Assembly: GCF_004010195.1 (NCBI RefSeq)
Contig: NC_057719.1
Span: forward strand, 26,779,498 to 26,810,090
Source: Chiloscyllium plagiosum
Lineage: Eukaryota
DNA length: 30,593 nt
Direction of reading: 5' to 3'
Under the pieces are notes generated by a model. It was not told the DNA's origin, did no database searches, and saw nothing but the letters and a program-made list of their open reading frames with translations. Below are positions 21,717-30,593 of this stretch, in pieces. Within the stretch, counting starts at the first letter, position 1; each line of letters begins with the position of its first letter. The position numbers were made by a program, and so were the translations under genes.

Positions 21717-22030
21717 GGGCGGCACGGTGGCACGGTGGTTAGCACTGCTGCCTCACAGCGCCAGAGACCCGGGTTCAATTCCTGCCTCAGGCAACTGACT
21801 GTGTGGAGTTTGCACATTCTCTCCGTGTCTGCATGGGTTTCCTCCAGGTGCTCCGGTTTCCTCCCACAGTCCAACGATGTGCAGGTTAGGTGAATTGGCC
21901 ATGCTAAATTGCCTGTAGTGTTAGGTGAAGGGGTAAATGTAGGGGAATGGATCTGGGTGGGTTGCTTTTTGGAGGGTCGGTGTGGACTTGTTGGGCCGAA
22001 GAGCCTGTTTCCACACTGTAAGTAATCTAA
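21717..22030 (+). mobile_element. Full-length HE1-like V-SINE
   Basis: A box TGGCACGGTGG (21728-21738), B box GGTTCAATTCC (21772-21782), V-domain and CR1-like tail. Confidence 0.93.
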
Positions 22031-22137
22031 AATATCTGTTTTCTAAAAGCATTGGTTTGATTTGAGCGATGGTTCAGTCTTGTACAAGTACTGCCTTTGG
22101 TGTAATGAAGCCACCCAATGACTGGAGGAAGAACGCC

Positions 22138-23397
22138 TCATAGAGTCATAGAGATGTACAGCATGGAAACAGACCCTTCGGTCCAACCTGTCCAAGCCAA
22201 CCAGGTATCCCAACCCAATCTAGTCCCACCCGCCAGCACTGGGCCCATATCCATCCAAACCCTTCCTATTCATATACCCATCCAAATGCTTTTTAAATGT
22301 TGCAATTGTACCCCCAGCCTCCACCACTTCCTCTGGCAGCTTATTCCATATGTACCACCCTCTGTGTGAAAAAGTTGCCCCTTAGGTCTCTCATATCTTT
22401 TCCCTCTCACCCTAAACCTATGCCCTCTAGTTCTGGACTACCTGACCCCAGGGAAAAGACTTTGCCTATTTACCCTATCCATGCCTCTCATAACTTTGTA
22501 AACCTCTATAAAATCACCCCTCAGCCTCTGACGCTCCAGGGAAAACAGCCCCAGCCTATTCAGCCTTTCCCTATAGCTCAAATCCTCCAACCCTGGCAAC
22601 ATCCTTGTAAATCTTTTCTGAATCCTTTCAAGTTTTGCAACATGTTAGGTAAGGGGTAAATGTAGGGGTATGGGTGGGTTATGCTTCGGTGGGTCGGTGT
22701 GGACTTGTTGGGCCGAAGGGCCTGTTTCCACACTGTAATGTAATCTAATCTAATGTTTCCGATAGGAAGGAGACCAGAATTGCATGCAATATTCCAAAAG
22801 TGGCCTAACCAATGTCCCATACAGCTGCAACATGACCTCCCAAATACTCTGACCAATAAAATAAAGCATGCCAAACGCCTTCTTCACTATCCCATGTACC
22901 TGAGCCTCTACTTTCAAGGAGCTATGAATCTGCACTCCAAGGTCTCTTTATTCAGCAACACTCCCTTGGACCTTACCATTAAGTGTATAAGTACTATTAA
23001 GATTTGCTTTCCCAAATTACAGCACCTCACATTTATCTGAATTGAACTCCATCTGCTACTTCTCAGCCCATTGGCCCATATGGTCAAGATCCTGTTGTAA
23101 TCTGAGGTAACCCTTTTCACTGTCCACTACACCTCCAGTTTTGGTGTCATCTGCAAACTTACTAACTGTACCTCTTATGCTCGCATCCAAATCATTTATG
23201 TAAATGACAAAAAGTAGAGGACCCAGCAGCGATCCTTGTGGCACTCCAATGGTCACAGGCATCCAGTCTGAAAAACAACTTTCCGCCACCACCCTCTGTC
23301 TTCTACCTTTGAGCTAGTTCTGTGTCCAAATGGTTAGTCCTCCCTGTATTCCATGAGATCTAACCTTGTTAATCAGTCTCCCATGGGGAACCTTGTC
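22138..23397 (-). mobile_element. 5'-truncated CR1 LINE with a nested SINE tail
   Basis: Minus-strand ORF pieces GVPQGSLLGPLLFVIYINDLD, KFADDTK and LVRPLLEYCMQFWSP; the 3' tail reads CATAGAGTCATAGAGATGTACAGC on +. Confidence 0.95.
22647..22752 (+). mobile_element. 5'-truncated HE1-like SINE tail inserted in CR1
   Basis: GGGTCGGTGTGGACTTGTTGGGCCGAAGGGCCTGTTTCCACACTGTAATGTAATCTAATCTA, flanked by ATGTT at 22642-22646 and 22753-22757. Confidence 0.88.
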
Positions 23398-23811
23398 GTC
23401 TTCTGCCTTGAAACCCTTCAACCACAAGGCATCAACATTGACAACTTGTTTTTAAATCTCCCCACCCCCCCGCCTCATCCCATTTCCAACCCTCCAACCC
23501 AGCACCACCTTCTTGAACTGACCTACCTGTCTATCTTCCTGCCCACCTATCTGCTCCACCCTCCCCTCCGAAATATCAGTATCAGACACCACCTACCTGC
23601 GTCTACCTGTCACGTTCCCAGCTACCTTCCCCCCAATCCCCACCCTCCTTTTTATCTCTCAGCCCTCTTCTCCCCCTCCACATTCCTGATGAAGGGCTTA
23701 TGCCCAAACCATCGACTCTCCTGCTCTTTAGATGCTGCCTGACCTGTTGTGCTTTTCCAGTGCCACACTTTTTGACTCTGATCTCCAGCATCTGCAGACC
23801 TCACTTTCACC
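23395..23811 (+). mobile_element. Penelope-like element 3' end (end of the endonuclease domain, pyrimidine-rich UTR, pseudo-LTR)
   Basis: VFCLETLQPQGINID resembles the C-terminus of PLE GIY-YIG domains. CTGATGAAGGGCTTATGCCC at 23686 is a hammerhead core with GAAA mutated. The end matches that of 10071-10437. Confidence 0.8.
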
Positions 23812-23824
23812 TTTGGTGCAATGA

Positions 23825-24160
23825 AACCTGCGAAGATGTAGAGTATAAAAATTGGGAAGTAATGTTGCAGCTGTATAGAATTTTATTTGGGTCACATTTG
23901 GAATATTGCTTACACTTATGGTTGCTGCACCACCAGAGGATGTGGCTTTGACAAGGATATAGGAAATGTTCATCAGGATAATGCCTGGTTTGGAGGGTAT
24001 TAGCTGTGATGAGAGACTGGACAAACTTGGTTTGTTTCCAATTGAATGAAAAGGTTGGGGGGGCAACCTTATAGAAGTTCATAAATTTATGACAGGCATG
24101 GATAGAATGGATAGTTGGAGTCTTTTCGCAGGATAGAAATGTCATTTACTTGGGGACATA
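23825..24160 (+). mobile_element. Degenerate CR1 ORF2 3' fragment
   Basis: VEYKNWEVMLQLYRILFGSHLEYC, followed by GNLIEVHKFM. Confidence 0.8.
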
Positions 24161-24569
24161 GAGTCATAGAGATGTACAGCATAGAAACAGACTCTTTGGT
24201 TCTAATCACACAAACCCACCAGATATCCTAAATTAATCTCGTCCCATATCCCTCTAAATCCTTCCCATTCGTTGAATTGAATTGAAGTAAATTAACTTTA
24301 TTGTCACATGTACTCAAGTGAATACAATAAAAAAGTCATCACTTACAGCATTATCTTCAGTACAAAGGTACCTAGGTATAGCTTCTTCAGTTACAAGATC
24401 TTAGAAAACAGAGAAATAAAAAGTCCAGCATTGCAGAAATAAAAGTTCAGAACAACGATTTTCCAATCCAGACCATGCTGGCTCCAGATTGAGCTGGGTT
24501 CATCTTAGGGATCACAAGGCTGGGAGATCTTTCCAGTATTGCCTCAAGATTAGGAGACCTCACTGAGGC

Positions 24570-25041
24570 TATGTCAAACTGAGAGACCACCATGCCAGGC
24601 CGAGAGGATGCCACAGGAAGTCACTCTGCCAGACTGGGAGGTTGCTATGGCAGGTTAGGAGGCTGCTATGCCAAGCTGGGATGTTGCTATGCCAGGCCTG
24701 GAGGTCGTTCTGCCAGGCTGGGAGATCACTACCATAGGTGAGGAGGCTGCTATGCCAGGCCGGGATGTTGCTACGCTAGGCTGGGCGGTCACAGTGCTGG
24801 GCCAAGAGGCTGCTATATCAGGCTAGGAGGCCGCTGTGCCAGGCTGAGACGCCACTACACCAGGCTGGGAGATCACTCTGCACTAGCTGGGAGGCTGCTT
24901 AACCAGACTGGTAGGCTGCTAAACCAGGCCAAGAGGTCATTATGCCAGGCTGGGAGGTTGCTATGCCAGGTTGGGAGACCACTACGCTAGGCCGGGAGTT
25001 TGCTCCGCCCTAGCTGGGAGGTCGCTACGCCAGACCGGGAG
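24570..25041. repeat. Degenerate 21-bp minisatellite, about 20-22 units (consensus ~GCCAGGCTGGGAGGYTGCTAT)
   Basis: Consecutive units GCCAGACTGGGAGGTTGCTAT, GGCAGGTTAGGAGGCTGCTAT, GCCAAGCTGGGATGTTGCTAT and so on, with no spacers. Confidence 0.92.
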
Positions 25042-25075
25042 CTCTCTCATTGTGTCTGTGGTGAGGTCGGGTGTC

Positions 25076-25190
25076 ATTGGAGGCTGGCAGTTGACTGTGG
25101 GCTAGCAGTTGATTGGAGGTCAGAAGTTGCTGGAGGCTGGGAGTCAGTTGGAGGCTGGGAGTTGATTGGAGGTCAGAAGTTGCTGGAGGC
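25076..25190. repeat. 17-18-bp tandem repeat with a 53-bp higher-order period
   Basis: TGGAGG-cored units; AGTTGATTGGAGGTCAGAAGTTGCTGGAGGC occurs at 25107-25137 and 25160-25190. Confidence 0.85.
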
Positions 25191-25549
25191 CAAGAGAGAG
25201 GAAGTAAAAAACCCAAAGAGGAGACTAATTAGAAGAATACAAAGAGGAGCGTGCAGAGCAGACAAGCTCTGACTGAAGCGTCCTACTCAGCTGCTGTCTT
25301 TGATCCTTCACATATCCATGCAGCTACCTTTTGAATATTCTAATTGTACCAGCCTGCACCACTTCCTCTAGCAGTTCATTCCATTCATGCACCATTCTCT
25401 GCATGAAAAAGTTGCCCCACAATTCCGTTTTACATCTTTCCCCTCTCACCTTAAAACTATGCCCTCTGTTTTGGATGACAACGTCACCACTCATTCCTCC
25501 CCCCTCACTCCCCCTCCCCACCCCCACCCAGTATGTGTTTCGTTTTCCA

Positions 25550-26340
25550 AAGTCGAGAAAACCAATTCATGAGCAGCAAATGCAGTTAATTGGAACTGGT
25601 ACAAATGAGTTACCATATCACAGAGGATAAGTGTTTGGGGCTTTGGCCTGTGAGAAGGGAAGGGGTGTGAGAAGGGAGGATGTAAAAAGGCAGTGCATCA
25701 TCTGCATTTGTGTGAAAAGATGCCACAGGAAAGAGAATGGTCTTCAGAGGAGGAGTGGACCAGAGTGTTATGGAAGGAATGATCCCTTTGGACTGCTGGA
25801 AAGGAAGATATTATTAGTGGTGACATCATTCTGGAGATGGCAGAAATGGTGTAAGGTGGTCATTGAATACACAGGCTGATAGGATGCAGGTTTTGAACAA
25901 GGGAAACCCTATTATGGTTTTTGGTGGAGTGCGGGCAGAGTGTGGGAAGACATATCAAAAACATAATTGTTAAAGTTCGTGTTATAAGACTAGATGTGAG
26001 GGAAACAGAGAAACTATGATCATGGAGTAGAGCCCTTACAGGAGGTATGGTATGAGGATATGTAGTTTGAGAAGCTGGATTCATGGTGGACATTGGTTGA
26101 TAGCCTAACATTAAAAATTGAGACAGAGAAGTCAAGATAGGGAAACAAAAGTTAGATAGACCATGTGAAGGCACAAGTGTGGAAATTGGAAGCAAAATTA
26201 ATTAAACCTACAGTTCAGTACAAAAGCAGGAAATAGCACCAATATAGTTATCAATGTCCAACCATTGATGAGAGAAGAGAATCAATGGGAATGAAACAGA
26301 ACATTGTACACTTTTCCGCAGAAATTCAGACACAGTTAGG
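25550..26340 (-). mobile_element. Decayed Penelope-like ORF remnant (RT C-terminus, linker, start of GIY-YIG)
   Basis: Minus-strand remnants NYISSYHTSCKGSTP*SQFL and ICTSSN..INCICCS resemble PLE motifs such as YTSSHP..CK.SIP.SQFLR and FTCTSSNLIYCI.C. Many stops. Confidence 0.55.
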
Positions 26341-26384
26341 ACTGACTATGTGGTTGCATAACTGTAACATGTTTTATTTGGAAG

Positions 26385-27615
26385 AAATGATTGAGTTTCA
26401 AGAAGAAGTTGCTTCATATGTTCAGACAGAGGTGGAGGAGTGTCGATAATGGGCTGACAAGATGTGACCTATATGGACTTCAGTAAGTTGTTTGACAAGT
26501 TCCCCATAGAAGATTGGTTAGCAAAGTTAGATCTCATGGAATACAGGGAGAATGAGCCATTTGGATACAGAACTGGCTCAAAGGTAGAAGGTGGTGGTGG
26601 AGGGTTTTCAGATTGGAGGCCTGTGACTAGTGGAATGCCCCAAGGATCAGTTCTGGGTCCACTACTTTTCATCATTTATATAAATGATTTGGATGTGAGC
26701 ATAAGAGATACAGTTATTAAATTTGCACATGACGGCAAAATTGGAGGTGTAGTGGATAGCCTCGGATTACAATGGTATCTTGATCAGATGGGCCATTGGG
26801 CTGAGGAGTGGCAGATGGAATTTAATTTAGATGAATGTGAGGTGCTGCATTTTGGGAAAGCAAATCTTAGCAGGACTTATACACTTAATGGTAAGGTCAT
26901 AGCGAATGTTGCTGAACAAAGAGATCTTGGAGTGCAGTTTCATAGCTCCTTGAAAGTAGAGGCACAGGTAAATGGGATAGTGAAGAAGGTGTTTGGCATG
27001 CTTTCCTTTATTGGTCAGAGTATTGACTGCAGGAGTTGGGAAGTTATGTTGCTGCTGTATAGGACATTGGTTAGGTCATGGTTGGAATTTTGCGTGCAAT
27101 TCTGGTCTCTTTCCTATCGGAAGGATGTTGTGAAACCTGAAAGGGTTCAGAAAAGACTTACATGGATGTTGCCAGCATTGGAGGATTTGAGCTATCAGGA
27201 GAGGTTGTTAAGGCTAGGGCTGGTTTCTTGGAGTGTCGGAGGCTGAGGAGTGACCTCATAGAGGTTTATAAAATCATGAGGGGCATGGATACGGTAAATA
27301 GACCAGGTCTATTCCTTGGAGTGGGAGAGTCCAGAACTAGCATAGGTTTAGGGTGAGAGGGGAAAGATATAGAAGAGACCTAGGGGACAACATTTTCACA
27401 CAGAGAATGGTGCATGTGTGGAATAGGCTATCAGAGGAAGTGGTGGTACAATTGCAACATTTTAAAAGCATCTGGATGGGTATATGAATACAAAGGTTTA
27501 GAGGGATATGGGCCAAGTGCTGGTAGGTGGGACTAGATTGGGTTGGGATATCTGGTCGGCATGGATGAGTTGGACCGAGGGGTCTGTTTCCGGGCTGTAC
27601 ATCTCCATGACTCCC
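26385..27615 (+). mobile_element. 5'-truncated CR1 LINE
   Basis: ORF 26464..27246 contains GMPQGSVLGPLLFIIYINDLD, KFAHDGK (catalytic DD mutated) and LYRTLVRSWLEFCVQFWS. The 3' UTR ends in GCTGTACATCTCCATGACTC. Confidence 0.95.
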
Positions 27616-28585
27616 TACTTAGTACACATGTCTTTAAATGGTTTTCCATTGTACTGCAGTCTATTTTCGGAAACTATCTGAACTGGGACACCAAATGAAC
27701 TGAAAATAGCTCTCATCACATCAATGACTGTTGTGCTGTATAATAATGATCACAACATTCAGATCCAAAAATTGCTTTTTTTTCTCTCCTGTCTTTTTGG
27801 ACTCACTTCTAATCTGTGTGCATATGTTCTATGCTATTATTTCTTCTCATGTTTAATAATTAATAACATAATAACTTTTGTTAACTCAAGGAGGCCTGAC
27901 GAAATTGGCTCCTTAAAAATAGTGTTCATTTGGGCCTGGGAGAAAGGTCAATGAATTTATGCACACAACTGATGATCCATTACATGCTGTGAGATGGTCT
28001 CTCATAAGCTACATCACAGACCGCCACATCTTTCAGGACATCTAGCGGCAAAAATACGTAGGCATTAGCTCCTATGTTGGAGCTAAACATAGGATCAATA
28101 TTTTATCAACATTTTATCTTTTATTGTGTGCTGTCCTGTCTTTTCATGATATATATTAATGGTTGTACAAGCTTCTTCTTGCCTTATCAATCTTAGGTGA
28201 GGTTAATAATATGGCAAACCTAGTCATCTGATATTTGCCTTTTACTTGGCTGACTCTGAATCTCATCAACGTATTTGCTTTTGTGCATCTTCAGCCTTGT
28301 ATGTATTTCATTTTGGAAGAACCTACATCCCATTCAAAGCAAATTAGCTCTCTTTTCCTGGTGGTTAATGTCCTATCTATAGAACTGTACAGTTGTCTGT
28401 ACTCACTGATCCTGCTTAAGGGTGAGGAATTTTCCCTTTGAGCACATTCTCTGCTGTCCACATCTGTTATTCGGCTGATCTTCAATAACTATTTCTCCAA
28501 ACACGTCACCAAAAAATTGGAACATATTATAGATGTTCACCATTGTTACTGTGGTGTAAGTTTACCTGTAACAAAGTATTTTACA

Positions 28586-28737
28586 TTGAACGGAATTGAA
28601 TTTATTGTCACGTGTACCAAGGCACAGTGAAAAGCTTTGTCTTGTGAGCAGTACATGCAGATCACAGAGTTAAGTAGCGTAGATAGTAAAGAATAGGTAA
28701 ACAGTGGCAAAAACAAAAACATAGGTACAGGCGAAGT
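28586..28737 (-). mobile_element. LINE 3' tail fragment (Rex1/L2-like; clade uncertain)
   Basis: The reverse complement ends AAAGCTTTTCACTGTGCCTTGGTACACGTGACAATAAATTCAATTCCGTTCAAT. Confidence 0.65.
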
Positions 28738-29779
28738 TTGTTTTATGTCCTGTCACATTAAAAAAAACTTGGTGTGAATATTATGATATTGAAGAATCCA
28801 ACAGACACAACTATTATATATGAACAATAAATTCCTCAGGCACAGCTGTTTCTAGGCTAATATTAAGCTTAGAAGTTGCAAATGAGCTGTATGCTGCCTG
28901 TAGAATGACATGCTTCAAGTGATCTGATGTACAAGATCTTTATACCTTCATGTCACACACTATTATGCAGTGATAATATCATGAGCATGTCTTTTAAAGG
29001 GTTACTGACTGTGAGACATATCAGAACATGAGTGATGGGCATGGGGAGAATTGTTATTGTGGCAATCAAAGTTGAAAACTGAATGAGGCTGGACAAGGGG
29101 AAACAAATTAAAGCTAAGGTAGAAACAAAATCCATTCAATGGAACACTTCCTGAGCAGTCCTATTTATGAATTAATATATAACATAATACTATCTGAGAC
29201 CTATATAAGGTCAAACCTACTGTCACCTTCCAGCACCATGTATCTTTAGGTCTCATTTCATAGTCACCTGTATGAAACAAGTACTCATGGAGCTGGAATT
29301 GAACAAAGTAATTTTTGAATGTTTACGGAGTTTTGTATGTTTTCATTGTATCAAAGTCAAGGTTGAATTCACAATCTCTACTCACTTTGCAGCAGACAAA
29401 ATATCTTCCAAAGTAACAAGATTCAGAATGAGTAAGCTAATGAGGTTAACACATTTCAGTAATTAATGTAGGGTGAGAGGGAAGTAAATGTTAGTCGTAT
29501 CATGCCTGCTTTACATATAAAACAATCTAAATTCTAAGTATCAAAAATAATAATCTATATGAAAACACACATCAAACATTCTTTGTTTTATTTTACAATA
29601 TATTACATGGGGGGGGGAAGACAGATTTTCTTCAAAGGTTTATTAAGATTTATTTTAGAGTTCTGGATACTATAGCACTTAGATTTGAAGGATAAAATAT
29701 TTTTTACAGTTTACTAAATTAGAATAAAGAAAAATACAGCACAGGAATATGCCCTTCAACCCACTAAGAATGTGCCGAC

Positions 29780-30162
29780 ACATAGAGTCATAGAGATGTA
29801 CAGCACGGAAACAGATCCTTCGGTCAAACTTATCTGTGCCAACCAGATATCCAAAATTAATCTCGTCCCATTTGCCAGCACTTGACCCATATCCCTCAAA
29901 ACCCTTCCTCTTCATGTACCCAACCAGGTGCCTTTTACGTGCTGTAATTGTACCAGCCTCCACCACTTCCTCTGGCAGATCAATCCATACACGCACCACC
30001 CTTTATGTGAAAAAGTTGCCTCTTAGGTCCCTTTTAAGTCTTTGCCCTCTCTCCCTAACCTATGCCCTCTAATTCTGGACTGTCCCAACCCAGGGAAAAA
30101 AAATTGTCTATTTACCCTATCAATGGCCCTCATGATTTTACAAAGCTCTATAAGGTCAACCT
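29780..30162 (-). mobile_element. CR1 LINE 3' fragment; a second subfamily's tail abuts it at ~29725-29779
   Basis: VRVWIDLPEEVVEAGTITARKRHL; same tail as 22138. Confidence 0.9.
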
Positions 30163-30171
30163 TCAAGTCCA

Positions 30172-30593
30172 CCTTGGCTTCAAGTGGACAGGGCCTGGGA
30201 AATGAATACTCAAGGCTACACGTGCTATCGGAAGGACAGACTGACAGGCAGAGGGGGTGGGGTGGCCTTGTTGGTAAGGGAGGATATTCAGTCCCTTGCG
30301 CGGAGGGACCTAGAGTCAGGGGATGTAGAGTCAGTGTGGATACAGCTGCGAAATACTAAGGGTAAAAAGACCCTCTTGGGAGTCATCTACAGGCCCCCAA
30401 ACAGTAGTCTGGATGTCGGATGTAAGTTGAATCAGGAGCTGAAATTGGCCTGTCACAAAGATGTTACTACAGTTGTTATGGGGGATTTTAACATGCAGGT
30501 AGACTGCGAGAATCAGGATGGGATTGGACCTCAAGAAAGAGACTTTGTAGAGTGCCTCAGAGATGGATTCTTAGAACAGCTGGTGCTGGAGCC
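30172..30593 (+). mobile_element. CR1 LINE ORF2 AP-endonuclease region, open to the window end
   Basis: A stop-free frame of ~140 codons reads WLQVDRAWEMNTQGYTCYRKDRLTGRGGGVALLV...ESVWIQLRN...LLGVIYRPPNS...VVMGDFN...FLEQLVLE. Confidence 0.93.

Larger units (their letters stand above)
24271..25305 (-). mobile_element. Non-autonomous retroposon (~1 kb) with internal minisatellites and a TGACAATAAA+(TTCAA)n tail
   Basis: It cleanly interrupts a CR1 copy and has no long ORF. Its 3' end is shared with 13660-14095 and 28586-28737. The head CAAAGACAGCAGCTGAGTAGGACGC resembles a decayed AAGATGGCGGC start. Confidence 0.65.
24157..25475 (-). mobile_element. CR1 3' fragment (24157-24270 and ~25306-25475) split by a ~1-kb insert
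   Basis: Tail CATAGAGTCATAGAGATGTACAGC; the distal part encodes RGHSFKVRGER...NFFMQRMVHEWNELLEEVV. Confidence 0.8.

Noticed and set aside
24570..25041. Regular array superficially like CRISPR or a 7-aa coding repeat
   Set aside because: The units are contiguous and degenerate with no unique spacers, there are no cas genes, the context is vertebrate, and no ORF spans the array.
26464..27246. Longest ORF (260 aa) as a functional or domesticated reverse transcriptase
   Set aside because: It is a partial CR1 ORF2 with frameshifted ends and the catalytic FADD mutated to FAHD.

Overview
Eukaryotic (vertebrate) genomic DNA, most likely from a cartilaginous fish (shark). This is inferred from the repeats: HE1-like tRNA-derived V-SINEs, CR1/HER1-like LINEs and Penelope-derived pseudo-LTRs. 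The only clear host gene is the first coding exon of a TC10-subfamily Rho GTPase on the minus strand (17799->17631, GT donor). RHOJ is favoured over RHOQ. It lies in a CpG-rich, TE-poor promoter zone (~16.6-19.8 kb). Bases 1-17630 are intron 1 (I found no exon 2 by eye), and ~19.8-27.6 kb is a nearly continuous nest of retroelements. Most ORFs in the supplied track are TE fragments or noise. Most notable observations: (i) a 159-bp, 158/159-identical inverted copy of local intron sequence pasted by microhomology into a Penelope-derived palindrome; (ii) an intact minimal hammerhead-ribozyme motif in that palindrome, whose mirror copy carries a cluster of A->G changes; (iii) a strong-context uORF ending 5 nt before the GTPase ATG; (iv) an ETS/FOX:ETS/GATA motif cluster upstream; (v) a ~1-kb non-coding retroposon carrying an expanded 21-bp minisatellite. 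I see no convincing new multi-gene system. All calls were made by eye, and the boundaries of old repeats are approximate.
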